A stretch of 40,773 nucleotides of DNA from an uncultured Gammaproteobacteria bacterium. Lineage in GTDB: Bacteria; Patescibacteriota; Microgenomatia; UBA1406; GWC2-37-13. A model generated the notes under the pieces. That model saw only the letters and a list, made by a program, of their open reading frames with translations, was not told the DNA's origin and did not search any database. The stretch lies in NCBI GenBank assembly GCA_964532865.1, contig CAZHJA010000001.1, positions 1 to 40,773 on the forward strand. Direction: 5' to 3'. Made by a program: the position numbers and the translations under genes. How positions within the stretch are numbered: the first letter of the stretch is position 1; each line of letters starts with the position of its first letter. Below are positions 26,030 through 36,120 of the stretch, piece by piece.

Positions 26030-26950
26030 TTAAAATATATATATTAAAGATACAATCGTCACTCCCCATAAAATAATTGTTGCTAAAAGCGGAATGTCTG
26101 TAGTAACAATTTTTTCAGGTCTTTCTCCTTCTGCTTTCTCATATAAAAGCTGTGCATATCTTGCAATACCATATACAATTAAAGGGATTGTTATCATAAA
26201 CCATTTTCTTGCTTCAAAATCAGGAAATATTCCTTTAAAAAAATCAGTAAAAACAGTTTGTACCACAGGAGGTTTTTCAAGATAAGTATAAAATGAATAT
26301 GAAATAATTGTTGTTGTTGCAAAAGTATATGTTAAAAAATCAAGAAAGTTTGCTTTATAATTAAAAAGAGATTCCCGAGCTGATCTTCCGCGTACAGAAA
26401 GTTCTGCCTGGCGCTTTATTGCGGCCATAAAAAGAGAGCCAAAAAAGATTGTTAAAATTAGCCAAATAGGAATATGCCAGCCTGACACAATTTCACCCGC
26501 AAAAGCTCTCATCATAAAAGAAAAAGAGATTACAAAAATATCAATAACAGGTTTTTTCTTAAGATAAAGAGAGTAGAAAAAATGAAGAAGAAGAAATATA
26601 AAACATAGTAGAAAAAATTCAACAGAGAAAAACAAAGAAACAACTAAAGAAAAGATGGATAAAATAAATAGTATAAATGTTGCCTCAGGAATGCTTATCT
26701 TCCCTGATGCAATAGGTCTGTTTTTCTTAACAGGATGTTTCTTATCATATGGATAGTCAATAATGTCATTTAATACGTATGATGCAGAAGAAAGAAGACA
26801 AAATACTAAAAAGGCATAAAAAACTGTTAATGTAATATCAAGCTCAAATAAATGTCCTGAGAATATTACAGCAGTAAAAACAACTAAGTTTTTAATCCAT
26901 TGATTAACTCTTAATGTTTTAAGAATTATATAGAATTTTCCTTTTTTCAT
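26030..26950 (-). CDS. UbiA-family prenyltransferase (decaprenyl-phosphate phosphoribosyltransferase-like)
   Basis: It has NDIIDYPYDKKHPVKKNRPIASG and eight to nine TM helices. Confidence 0.8.
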   Translation of the reverse strand: MKKGKFYIILKTLRVNQWIKNLVVFTAVIFSGHLFELDITLTVFYAFLVFCLLSSASYVLNDIIDYPYDKKHPVKKNRPIASGKISIPEATFILFILSIFSLVVSLFFSVEFFLLCFIFLLLHFFYSLYLKKKPVIDIFVISFSFMMRAFAGEIVSGWHIPIWLILTIFFGSLFMAAIKRQAELSVRGRSARESLFNYKANFLDFLTYTFATTTIISYSFYTYLEKPPVVQTVFTDFFKGIFPDFEARKWFMITIPLIVYGIARYAQLLYEKAEGERPEKIVTTDIPLLATIILWGVTIVSLIYIF

Positions 26951-27019
26951 TTCTACGATATATTGAATTATACTACACTATATATTAAGATAAAACTATT
27001 AAAAATCAATACTAAAAAT

Positions 27020-28093
27020 ATGATTGACCTTGATAATAAACAAGCTGTTCTTAAAACACAAGGCGGTGGTGCTGTTTTAGATTCAATTAATGCTCTTCCA
27101 AATCAACTTAAACAAGCATGGGAAGAATCACAAAAAATTGATTTTCCTGAAAGTTATAGAAATATTAAAAATATTGTTGTGTGTGGTATGGGGGCATCAA
27201 GATTTCCTGCTTTTATTACACAACAGCTGCTTAAAGAAAAAATATCTGTTCCATATACAATTTCAGACAACTATACAATCCCAAGATATGTAAATGAAAA
27301 TACCTTGTTTATTTTATCCTCATATTCAGGAACAACAGAAGAGGTTTTGTATAATGGAAAGCTTGCACTTGAAAGAAATGCAAAATTAACAGGTTTGTGT
27401 TCTGGAGGAGATGTTGCAGATTTTCTTAAAAAAAACAATTGTCCTGTTTATGTTTTTAATCCAAAACACAATCCATCAGGTCAGCCTAGAATTGGCTTTG
27501 GATATGGAGTGGGCGCACATCTTGGAATACTTGCAAAACTTGGATTAATAAATAATGCAGATATTGAAATTAATAACGCAATTCAAAGCCTCCCAAATCT
27601 TCTTGGCTCCTTTTCAATTGATGTTAAACAAGAAAACAATCCAACAAAACTTGTCTCAAAGCAGATTTATGAAACATATCCTTATTTTATAGTGTCAGAA
27701 TTCTTAACTGGAGTTGGAAATGCTTTGGCAAACCAGATTAATGAAACATCAAAGTCAATTTCCTCATTTAGAGTAATCCCTGAACTTAATCATCATCTTA
27801 TGGAAGGGTTAAAATTCCCATCAGAATTAAAAAAACTAGCTATATTTGTTTTTTTCTTTTCTCATCTTTATCCATTAAGAGTTCAAAAAAGATTTCATAT
27901 TACAAAAGATGTTATTGAACAGAATAATATAAAAACAATATGGATTGAGTTAAAAGGGAAAACCAAGACTGAGCAGGTTTTTGAACTTATGGGATTTGGA
28001 AGCTATATGAGCATGTATTTGGCAGCTCTTTATAATGTAAATCCAGCATTAATTCCATATGTAGATTATTTTAAAGCAAAATTAAAAGAATAA
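27020..28093 (+). CDS. SIS-domain bifunctional phosphoglucose/phosphomannose isomerase-like protein
   Basis: It has VVCGMGASRF, LFILSSYSGTTEE and a C-terminal PGI/PMI-type domain. I prefer the ATG at 27020 over the track's TTG at 26963. Confidence 0.6.
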   Translation: MIDLDNKQAVLKTQGGGAVLDSINALPNQLKQAWEESQKIDFPESYRNIKNIVVCGMGASRFPAFITQQLLKEKISVPYTISDNYTIPRYVNENTLFILSSYSGTTEEVLYNGKLALERNAKLTGLCSGGDVADFLKKNNCPVYVFNPKHNPSGQPRIGFGYGVGAHLGILAKLGLINNADIEINNAIQSLPNLLGSFSIDVKQENNPTKLVSKQIYETYPYFIVSEFLTGVGNALANQINETSKSISSFRVIPELNHHLMEGLKFPSELKKLAIFVFFFSHLYPLRVQKRFHITKDVIEQNNIKTIWIELKGKTKTEQVFELMGFGSYMSMYLAALYNVNPALIPYVDYFKAKLKE

Positions 28094-28119
28094 AATCTAA
28101 TATTTTTTAATTTTAATAT

Positions 28120-29397
28120 CTAAAAGAATTTAGACACACTTTTTCCAAGTTTTACTGCATAATTTGTCCCTCTGTCATATGGATATGTCATATCAAGATT
28201 GGCAATATAAAAGTTGTCTAATGGAGTTTTAAAATCAGGCTTATTATTAATAAAAGTCTTGTTAAATATGGGCTGGGAATAAGGAGAACGGAAAATAAAG
28301 CTTTTTGAGTTTTTTAAAGAAAAACTTGAATTAATTTTTTTTAAATATGGAAGAAAGTATTTAATTATTTCTTCCTTTTCCATATTATAAAGCGCGCTGT
28401 CCTCCTCAACATAGTTTCCGATATATAAAATACATTTTCCTCCATAATGCTTTTTATTAATAAAATTAGTATGCTGAACTAAAACCATAATAGGAACTTC
28501 CCTTATATTAATATTTACCCAGTATGATTTTTTAAAAAGAGGCATATCTGTTTCAATAATGCAGTTTATAACATGAAGATATTTAAGCTTTTTTAATCTT
28601 TCAGTATATTCTTTAGGGAACATGTCTTCTGTTGCCTTTATTAAAACAGGCGTTGGCAGTGTTGAAATTATAGCGTCGTATCTCTCCCCTTTTCTGTTAT
28701 TTTCAAAACTATTAATATAGTACCCTTCTTTTGTTTTTTGTATATCTCTTACATCTTCTCCCCTGTTAATAACAACATTATTCTCTTTGTTTATTCTTTC
28801 CAAATAATCAATAAAGTTTTGAAATCCATGTGTTGGATATCCTAATTTTTTTGTTCTTTTTTTAAAGCGGGCCCAGATAAAAGAAGCCAAAACTTCACTT
28901 GAATATTTACCAAATTTTTTCTTAAACATTTCTTCCCATAAATTATTCCATATACCAGTCCCCATTGTTTTTTTCAAAAATTCCTCTGCGCTTTGTTTTT
29001 CATATACTTTCATCATAGGAGAAAGTTTTAAAGTGGCAAGCACAAGTCCTGCACGAATTTTTTCAAAAATGCTTAAATTAGGAAGTTTTAAGAAATCTTG
29101 CGGAGTATCTACAGGAAATATGCGGTAATTATTAATAAGGGAGGCTGTTTCTGGACTTTTAAAAAAAAGGCTTTCATATCCAATCTCTTTAGCAAACCCT
29201 AAAATATCATAATCTTTTGAGAAAATATGATGATATGTTTTGTCTAAATACCAATTCCAGTTGTCTTTTTTAAAGCCTGATGCTAATCCTCCAAGAGTTT
29301 TTTCTTTTTCAAAAATAGTAATCTTATGTCCTTTTTTGGATAAATAATATGACGCGCTAAGTCCTGTTAATCCTCCTCCAAGTATTGCTATTTTCAT
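28120..29397 (-). CDS. FAD/NAD(P)-binding oxidoreductase (amine oxidase / protoporphyrinogen oxidase-like fold)
   Basis: It has an N-terminal dinucleotide fold, KIAILGGGLTGLSASYYLSKKGHKITIFEKEKTLGG. Confidence 0.7.
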   Translation of the reverse strand: MKIAILGGGLTGLSASYYLSKKGHKITIFEKEKTLGGLASGFKKDNWNWYLDKTYHHIFSKDYDILGFAKEIGYESLFFKSPETASLINNYRIFPVDTPQDFLKLPNLSIFEKIRAGLVLATLKLSPMMKVYEKQSAEEFLKKTMGTGIWNNLWEEMFKKKFGKYSSEVLASFIWARFKKRTKKLGYPTHGFQNFIDYLERINKENNVVINRGEDVRDIQKTKEGYYINSFENNRKGERYDAIISTLPTPVLIKATEDMFPKEYTERLKKLKYLHVINCIIETDMPLFKKSYWVNINIREVPIMVLVQHTNFINKKHYGGKCILYIGNYVEEDSALYNMEKEEIIKYFLPYLKKINSSFSLKNSKSFIFRSPYSQPIFNKTFINNKPDFKTPLDNFYIANLDMTYPYDRGTNYAVKLGKSVSKFF

Positions 29398-29483
29398 AAA
29401 TGCTTATTATATCTGTATTTTATACAGTGTAAAAATAATTAATATATATTTCCCGCATATTTAACGTATTATTGCCGCATAAA

Positions 29484-30461
29484 TTAAGAGGTTTTTCTAT
29501 AGCTAAGAATCTCAAGAACAATAGTTTCAATAAAAAGAGTTGTTGGTATTGCAAGTAAAACCCCAATAATTCCTGCTAATTTTCCTCCAATAATTAGTGC
29601 AATTAAAGATACAATCGGACTTAATCCAACGGCTTTCTTCATAATATAGGGGACTATTAAATTATTTTCCAGTTGCTGGACAATAAGATATAGCGCTATT
29701 GCTGCAAGTCCTAAAAAATATGACTGCGATAAACCAATAAGAACTGCAGGTATTGCAGAAACAACAGGTCCAAGATTGGGAACAACTTCAAATAAACCTG
29801 CAAGAACCGCAAGAGGAATTGCATATCTTCCCATGCCAATTAAACTCAAACCAATAAAAGTCATAACTCCAACAACAAGCATTAAGGTTGCCTGCCCCCA
29901 AAACCAAGCGTTCATTCGCCTATGAGCTTTTTCAAATACTTCTGAGATTTGTTTTGACCTCTCAGAATCAAAAAACTTTAAAAGGGTAGTTTTAATAACA
30001 TCGTCATCCAAAAGAAGATAAAAGGAGAAAAATAAAGTAGAGACAACAAAAAATATATTTGAAAAAATAGTATTTGCAAATTTAAACGCATTATCTGTAA
30101 TATCAGGTATGTATTGAGAAAAAGACTCAATATTTACAGCTTTAATATCAAATATTGAATTATCAAGAATAGCTGGAAGGTTTGCAAAAAGCAATAAACT
30201 TTCAATAATTAAAGGAGGAACAACAACAGTTAAAAGAAAAACAAAAAATGCAATAAAAGCCGTAAAAACAAGAAAAACACTTAATATTTTGGGGAATTTA
30301 TATTTTGTTAAAAAAGCAACAAAAGGACGAAGAGCACTCATAATAATAAAAGCAATAAAAAGAGAAAATATTAAATCTCTAATCAGCCATAAAAAATTAA
30401 GAAGAAGAATCAAAACAATTGTAAAAATAATTGTTTTTGAAGAAATTTCAATTTTTCGCAT
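29484..30461 (-). CDS. AI-2E family transporter (PerM/UPF0118)
   Basis: It has about eight TM helices with LAGLFEVVPNLGPVVSAIPA and a C-terminal AIPTT pattern. Confidence 0.8.
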   Translation of the reverse strand: MRKIEISSKTIIFTIVLILLLNFLWLIRDLIFSLFIAFIIMSALRPFVAFLTKYKFPKILSVFLVFTAFIAFFVFLLTVVVPPLIIESLLLFANLPAILDNSIFDIKAVNIESFSQYIPDITDNAFKFANTIFSNIFFVVSTLFFSFYLLLDDDVIKTTLLKFFDSERSKQISEVFEKAHRRMNAWFWGQATLMLVVGVMTFIGLSLIGMGRYAIPLAVLAGLFEVVPNLGPVVSAIPAVLIGLSQSYFLGLAAIALYLIVQQLENNLIVPYIMKKAVGLSPIVSLIALIIGGKLAGIIGVLLAIPTTLFIETIVLEILSYRKTS

Positions 30462-30498
30462 ACCTATATATTACCATATTTTCCATATATTACATATA

Positions 30499-31185
30499 TT
30501 ATCCTTTTGCAATTGTTATTGCATAAACAGAAATAAAGTCATTTTCTTTTAATGTCTTTGAGGCTTCTTTAAGAGTAGATCCTGTTGTTAATATGTCATC
30601 AACTAGAATAATGTTTCTCCTATCCGTCTCATTGTCTTTAATAACACCAAAAGAATCTTTAATATTTTTATATCTCTCATATCCTTTTCTTAAACTTGCC
30701 TGGCTATTTGTTTTTTTTACTTTAATTAGTTTGTTAATAATTGGAATATCAAGATATGTGCTTAAAAATTTGGAAATTATCTCTGTTTGATTAAATCCTC
30801 TTAATTTTAAGCTTTTTTTGTACAAGGGGATGGGCTGAATAAAAAACTTATGCTTGTTTTTTGAAAAAAAGGCAAGCTTATAAAGCAGATCTGAAGAAAG
30901 CTCTTTTTTAAAGTCTTTCCAAACATCAACGGCAAGCTGGTATTTAACAGCGCTAATAACTTTTTTTAATATTAAATTATAATGGAAAAAAGAAATTGCT
31001 CCATCTAAACCATATTTTCTTTTACAAAATTCATGAGTTAATCCATATTTGCTGTATTTATTACAATAAATACAAACGTCTCTATTAATTGGGATTAACT
31101 TTTTCCTGCATTTTATACAAAGATAAGTCCCTATTTTCTTACAACCCACACAAAATTTGGGAAATAATATATCTTCAAGAATCAT
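30499..31185 (-). CDS. comF: ComF family phosphoribosyltransferase-domain protein
   Basis: It has N-terminal CxxC pairs (CVGCKK..CIKCRKK..CIYCNK) and the C-terminal PRTase motif ILVDDILTTGSTL. Confidence 0.8.
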   Translation of the reverse strand: MILEDILFPKFCVGCKKIGTYLCIKCRKKLIPINRDVCIYCNKYSKYGLTHEFCKRKYGLDGAISFFHYNLILKKVISAVKYQLAVDVWKDFKKELSSDLLYKLAFFSKNKHKFFIQPIPLYKKSLKLRGFNQTEIISKFLSTYLDIPIINKLIKVKKTNSQASLRKGYERYKNIKDSFGVIKDNETDRRNIILVDDILTTGSTLKEASKTLKENDFISVYAITIAKG

Positions 31186-31476
31186 ATGTTTTTTAGGGCT
31201 TTAATATTTGAAAAACTAATACCCGTATATTAATTTATGCTTAAAATATGTCAATGGAGTATAGTCTACAATTCAATCTGTTTTTATTGGATAAGCACGG
31301 TTTATTTAAACAATTGTTCAACAAAATTTTGGGAAATCACCATATTCTATTTTTTATTTTACTTTTTAAGGCTAAAGTTAAAACATGATACATTTTAAGT
31401 ATATTTTGACACCTTGAAATGCTACAGATAGTGGTATAGTCTTTGAAAGAACGCTAATAGAGTTAAAATAATATTT

Positions 31477-31923
31477 ATGCATTGTATATTTTGCAAAAAT
31501 AAGGAGTCGGAGGTAATTGAAACCAGACTATCTGATGATGGTACAACAGTACGAAGGAGAAGAAGGTGCTTAAAGTGCCAAAAAAGGTTTACAACTTATG
31601 AAAGAATTGAAGAATTGCCTATACTAGTAATTAAAAAAGATGGAAGGCGAGAAAGGTTTAATAGAGAAAAGCTGAGAAATGGAATTTTAAAAGCATGTGA
31701 AAAAACATCAGTTGGAATTGATCAGGCTGATGAGATTATCTCGAATATTGAAAGAAAAATAAAACAACAGGATTCAACAGAAATTGAAAGCAAACTTATA
31801 GGAAAACTTGTTGCAAAAGAATTAAAAAAAATTGACAAGGTTTCATATATCCGGTTTGCCTCGGTTTTTAAAAGATTTATTGAAGTAGAAGATTTTGAAA
31901 AAGAAGTAAAAAAATTATTGTAA
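31477..31923 (+). CDS. nrdR: Transcriptional repressor NrdR
   Basis: It has MHCIFCKNKESEVIETR...RRRRRCLKCQKRFTTYE (zinc ribbon) and an ATP-cone. Confidence 0.92.
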   Translation: MHCIFCKNKESEVIETRLSDDGTTVRRRRRCLKCQKRFTTYERIEELPILVIKKDGRRERFNREKLRNGILKACEKTSVGIDQADEIISNIERKIKQQDSTEIESKLIGKLVAKELKKIDKVSYIRFASVFKRFIEVEDFEKEVKKLL

Positions 31924-31939
31924 TTTAACTCATAAAAGT

Positions 31940-34270
31940 ATGAAGTTGTCCAGATTAGCTGAAAAGGTATTTAAAGATAGGTACTCGTTAAAAGATAAAA
32001 AGGGGGAGCCTATTGAAAAAACACCTTTGCAAATGTGGAAAAGAGTAGCAAAAGCAGTTTCCAAAATTGAAAAAAAGAAAAATCAAGATTATTGGGAAAA
32101 TCAGTTTTATACTGTAATGGAGGGCTTTAAATATGTGCCTGGAGGAAGAATCTTAGCAGGAGCAGGTGGTGGTTTTTCAATAACCTATTATAATTGTTTT
32201 GTACTTCCTTCTCCTAAAGATTCAAGAGGAGGAATTCTTGAGTCTTTGGGGCAAATGGTTGAAATCATGGCAAGAGGAGGGGGTGTTGGAATTAATTTAT
32301 CTTCACTTAGACAAAGAGGTGCTAGGGTTAGAAAGGTAAATGGGTTTTCTTCTGGTCCATGCAATTGGGGAGAGCTTTTTTCTCTTACCACAAAAGAAAT
32401 TATCCAGCAAGGAGGAACAAGAAGAGGTGCGTTAATGCTTATGCTTAATGACTGGCATCCTGATATTGAAGAGTTTATTACAATAAAAAAAGACCTTCAA
32501 AAAATGACAGGCGCAAATCTCTCTCTTGCTATTTCAGATTCTTTTATGAATGCAGTAGAAAAAAACGCTGACTGGCCACTTGTTTTTCCAGACATTAAAG
32601 ATCCTGAATATGATGAAAAGTGGGATGGTGATTTAATAACATGGAAAAAAATGGGTAAAAAAGTTATTGTTCATAAGATTGTAAAGGCAAGAGAAATATG
32701 GGATCTTGTTGCTCAGGCAGCTTGGCAATCTGCAGAGCCTGGAGTTGTATTTATGGAAAGATATAATAAACTGCATAATAATTACTATTGGAATAGAATA
32801 AATTGTGTAAATCCATGTGGAGAAGAAGGCTTGCCTCCATGGGGAGTTTGTAATCTTGGATCTATTAACTTATCTTCCCTTGTAAAGTCAAAGAACATTG
32901 ATAAAAAGGGAGAGTTTGATTTTAAAGCATTAAAAGAAATTGTAAAAACAGCTGTTCGTTTTCAAGATAATGTTATTGAAATGGATCCATATTTTTTTGA
33001 TGGTATAAAAGAGGTCCAGCTTAAAGGAGAAAGAAGAATAGGGTTGGGAACAATGGGTCTTGGAGATGTGCTTATCAAGATGCATTTAAGATATGGGTCT
33101 AAAGAATCTCTTAAGTTTATAAACAAAGTGTATTCAACTATTAGAGATGAAGCATATAAAAGCTCTGTTTGCTTAGCAAAAGAAAAAGGGGCCTTTCCTA
33201 AATTTGATAAAAAATATTATTTAAAAGGCAAGTTTATTCAAAAACTTCCAAAGCCTCTTCAAAAAGAGATAAACAATAATGGAATTAGAAATTCTATTCT
33301 TCTTATGCAGGCTCCAACAGGATCAACTTCCCTTATGGCAAATACAACTTCCGGAATTGAACCTGTTTTTGAATTTGAATTTATAAGAAGAGATAGATTA
33401 GGAACACATATTCTGCGCCATCATTTATTTGAAGAGTGGCATAAAAAGCATAAAAAAGAAATAAAAGAAGGAAAAATAAAAAAACCTAAGTGGTTTGTTT
33501 CTGCAAATAATCTTACTCCAGAAGATCATGTAAATGTACAAGCAACTATTCAAAAATATATTGATGCCTCTATTTCAAAGACGGTAAATGCTCCACAAAC
33601 GCATACAGTTAAAGATGTAAAAAAACTTTATACTTTAGCATACAAGCTTGGGCTTAAAGGAATGGCATATATGAGAGAAGGTTCAAGACAGGGGGTTTTA
33701 GAAAGGAAAAAAAGTAAAGAAAAAGATAAAAAAATACCAAGCTACACTGTAAAACCAAGACCTGCGGTTGTTAATGGATCTACATATAAAGTAAATACCC
33801 CTGTTGGGGTTGCTTTTATTACAATTAATACTAATGGAAAAGGGGAGCCTCTTGAAGTATTTATTAATGTTGGCAAGGCAGGATCAGATGTATATGCAAT
33901 GGCAGAAGGATTAGGAAGAATAATCTCTCTTGCTCTTAGGTTTGCTTCTCATATACCTGCCCAAGAAAGAATTGAACAAATAGTAGATCAACTTAAAGGA
34001 ATTGGAGGAACAAGAACATTAGGCTTTGGAAAAAACAAGGTAAAAAGCTTCCCTGATGCTGTAGCAAAGACAATATCATTGCACTTTAATAAAAAAGAGG
34101 CTGATAAAAAAGATGAAATAACAGTTACTCAAACAACGCAACCATCTCTTCTTAATGGAAACGGGCACAAAATGGCCTCATATGATATATGTCCAAATTG
34201 TGGCGAGGCTTCGCTTGTACATGAAGAAGGGTGTAAAAAATGCTATATCTGTGGGTATAGCGAATGTTAA
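31940..34270 (+). CDS. nrdJ: Class II (adenosylcobalamin-dependent) ribonucleotide reductase
   Basis: It has VNPCGEEGLPPWGVCNLGSINL, APTGSTS, ISKTVN and a C-terminal Cys cluster (CPNCGE...CKKCYICGYSEC). Confidence 0.9.
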   Translation: MKLSRLAEKVFKDRYSLKDKKGEPIEKTPLQMWKRVAKAVSKIEKKKNQDYWENQFYTVMEGFKYVPGGRILAGAGGGFSITYYNCFVLPSPKDSRGGILESLGQMVEIMARGGGVGINLSSLRQRGARVRKVNGFSSGPCNWGELFSLTTKEIIQQGGTRRGALMLMLNDWHPDIEEFITIKKDLQKMTGANLSLAISDSFMNAVEKNADWPLVFPDIKDPEYDEKWDGDLITWKKMGKKVIVHKIVKAREIWDLVAQAAWQSAEPGVVFMERYNKLHNNYYWNRINCVNPCGEEGLPPWGVCNLGSINLSSLVKSKNIDKKGEFDFKALKEIVKTAVRFQDNVIEMDPYFFDGIKEVQLKGERRIGLGTMGLGDVLIKMHLRYGSKESLKFINKVYSTIRDEAYKSSVCLAKEKGAFPKFDKKYYLKGKFIQKLPKPLQKEINNNGIRNSILLMQAPTGSTSLMANTTSGIEPVFEFEFIRRDRLGTHILRHHLFEEWHKKHKKEIKEGKIKKPKWFVSANNLTPEDHVNVQATIQKYIDASISKTVNAPQTHTVKDVKKLYTLAYKLGLKGMAYMREGSRQGVLERKKSKEKDKKIPSYTVKPRPAVVNGSTYKVNTPVGVAFITINTNGKGEPLEVFINVGKAGSDVYAMAEGLGRIISLALRFASHIPAQERIEQIVDQLKGIGGTRTLGFGKNKVKSFPDAVAKTISLHFNKKEADKKDEITVTQTTQPSLLNGNGHKMASYDICPNCGEASLVHEEGCKKCYICGYSEC

Positions 34271-34291
34271 TAAAGTAAATAAATAACACAC

Positions 34292-34816
34292 ATGGTAATA
34301 TATACAAAAAAAGGGGACAAGGGAAAAACATTTCTTTATGGAGGAGATGAGACGTGGAAGTCAGATATTCGAATTGAGGCTTATGGAAGCGTTGATGAAT
34401 TAAACAGCTTTCTTGGTTTGGTTGGGGAGAAAATAAAGGAAGAAAAGTATAAAAAGCTTATTATAAAAGTCCAAAGAGATCTACATATAATTATGAGTCT
34501 TTTGTCTCAAGGCAAGACAAGAAAAACAGAATTAAAAAATAATACAAAATTATTTGAACAAGAAATAAATAATATTGAGTCACAACTGCCAAAACTCAAT
34601 AGTTTTATTTTACTATCAGGAAGCGAAATATCATCATGGTTTCATATATTAAGAAGCATTTGTAGAAGGGTTGAAAGAAATATTGTTAGATGCTTTCAAG
34701 ATGAGGAGGATATAAAAAAGTGGAAATTAGATGCATTGTCATATTTTAATCGCCTATCTGACTTGTTTTTTATGCTAGCAAGATATTATAATAAACAAAA
34801 AGAAATTAAAGTTTGA
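34292..34816 (+). CDS. pduO: PduO-type ATP:cob(I)alamin adenosyltransferase
   Basis: It has IYTKKGDKGKT..L and IEAYGSVDELNSFLG. It also has the C-terminal RSICRRVER and LNRLSDLFF motifs. Confidence 0.85.
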   Translation: MVIYTKKGDKGKTFLYGGDETWKSDIRIEAYGSVDELNSFLGLVGEKIKEEKYKKLIIKVQRDLHIIMSLLSQGKTRKTELKNNTKLFEQEINNIESQLPKLNSFILLSGSEISSWFHILRSICRRVERNIVRCFQDEEDIKKWKLDALSYFNRLSDLFFMLARYYNKQKEIKV

Positions 34817-34861
34817 TAAAAAATACAAAAAAATATTAATTAATTATTAAATCATAAAGCT

Positions 34862-34975
34862 GTCTTGGTAAAGCTATAAGTAAAAGCTTTTCTAACTAGG
34901 GAACACTGTGAAATTCAGTGGCTGTGCCGCAGCGGTTAAAGTCCGAAGACCGACCAAGATCTGCTCCCCGAGCAG
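34862..34975 (+). promoter_or_regulatory. Cobalamin riboswitch (compact form lacking the large peripheral extension) with an RBS-proximal hairpin
   Basis: P1 pairs tcttggt (34863-34869) with accaaga (34953-34959). A hairpin pairs aaagct with agcttt (34870-34890). Conserved blocks align to E. coli btuB: UAGGGAA, CACUG-UGAAAUU-CAGUG (btuB CCAGUGCGAAUCUGG) and GCUGUGCCGCAGCGGUUAAAG (btuB GCUGACGCGCAGCGGUAAGG). The B12 box is AGUCCGAAGACCGACC (btuB AGCCCGAAGACCUGCC). The hairpin ctgct-ccccg-agcag (34961-34975) abuts the purine-rich RBS (gggaaaaat) before the ATG at 34984. Confidence 0.85.
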
Positions 34976-34983
34976 GGAAAAAT

Positions 34984-36081
34984 ATGGAAAAGTTAACTAT
35001 AAAGAGGCCTGATATTAATGCATTTTCTATTGAAGATGAACGTAGTGCAAAAAGAAGTGTAATTTCTAAAGATATTGAATCATATCTTGGAGAATATAGA
35101 TTTGAACTTTCTGTATATGAATATAAGCTTGCATTAAATAATTATGGAGAAATTTGCAGTGTGTTTGATAATGAACCAATGCGTACAAAAGGAGAAAGAG
35201 CAATAAAAAAAAGAAAAAAACAAGGAGTAAGCGTTAACAGAGAAATGGCAGATCTTAAAGGAATGATGTCTTTAGAAGACCAGCTTAAAGAACGTGAAAA
35301 CGGAAACTCTATTTTGTGGATTAGTCCTCCTGGACCAGGAAGTCAAGGATATGGTGATTATGGATTTATCTATGCTGGAAAAAGGTATGAAGATACTATT
35401 TTTATGACTGCAATCCGTATAGAGCATCCAACTATTGAACAGTTTAATCATGCCTACTCTCAAATAACAGGAAAAAGTGTAAGATATCAAAGCGCAGAAG
35501 ACTTTATTGCAAATCCAATAGTATTACCTACAGATCCTAAACAATTTGAAACCCACCTAGATAATGTTTTACAAGATATTTTTACTTTTGAAAATGTTCA
35601 AGAAAATGTTAATGCGTTTAATAATGCCATGCCTATTTTAAAACCACTAATAAATCATTTTGTTGACATGGTTGAACAAGGAAAGTCCGAACAAGAACTT
35701 AAGGTTATATTAAATGCAATTGAAAATTATGCAATAGAGTTAAAAGATAGGGCTTTAAATAAACCATATGAGCTTTATCAAGAAGTAGAAAAAAAACCTG
35801 ACTTTAAACAAATAATTTACCAATATGGATATAAAAAGCCCGCACCTGTTGCCGGAAGCTGTGGAAGCACGTCGTCTGATAAGAGCTCTACATTAAAAAG
35901 CAATAATGTATTTGACTTATTTTCATCATTAAAAGATCTTTTTTCTGAAAAAAAAGAGAGAAAATTTATTTGTCCAAATTGTAAAGCAGAGTTAACGCCT
36001 CCTGTTGGTAATGAGTGCCCTGAGTGTGGAATGACAAAAAAGAAGTGGGCTGAACAAAGTAAAGAACCCATTTGTAATTAA
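34984..36081 (+). CDS. Uncharacterised soluble protein (366 aa) with a C-terminal zinc ribbon, directly controlled by the cobalamin riboswitch
   Basis: The ATG at 34984 lies 5-10 nt after a purine-rich RBS. The track's GTG at 34918 lies inside the riboswitch core. The protein has no TM segment or signal peptide. Motifs are ILWISPPGPGSQGYGDYGFIYAGK and CPNCKAELTPPVGNECPECG. Confidence 0.7.
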   Translation: MEKLTIKRPDINAFSIEDERSAKRSVISKDIESYLGEYRFELSVYEYKLALNNYGEICSVFDNEPMRTKGERAIKKRKKQGVSVNREMADLKGMMSLEDQLKERENGNSILWISPPGPGSQGYGDYGFIYAGKRYEDTIFMTAIRIEHPTIEQFNHAYSQITGKSVRYQSAEDFIANPIVLPTDPKQFETHLDNVLQDIFTFENVQENVNAFNNAMPILKPLINHFVDMVEQGKSEQELKVILNAIENYAIELKDRALNKPYELYQEVEKKPDFKQIIYQYGYKKPAPVAGSCGSTSSDKSSTLKSNNVFDLFSSLKDLFSEKKERKFICPNCKAELTPPVGNECPECGMTKKKWAEQSKEPICN

Positions 36082-36120
36082 CAATCAACATTAACTTAAT
36101 TTTTCTTTTATAATAAATAT

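Noticed and set aside
31186-31476. I searched the nrdR/nrdJ upstream region for NrdR boxes (16-bp acaCwAtATaTwGtgt-type palindromes about 31 bp apart).
   Set aside because: I found only weak partial matches (for example around 31391-31436). None forms a convincing palindrome or a correctly spaced pair.
34918-34983. The track ORF starts at a GTG at 34918, which adds MAVPQRLKSEDRPRSAPRAGKN to the 34984 protein.
   Set aside because: These codons are the conserved core and B12 box of the cobalamin riboswitch. The ATG at 34984 has a purine-rich RBS, so the extension is an ORF-calling artefact.
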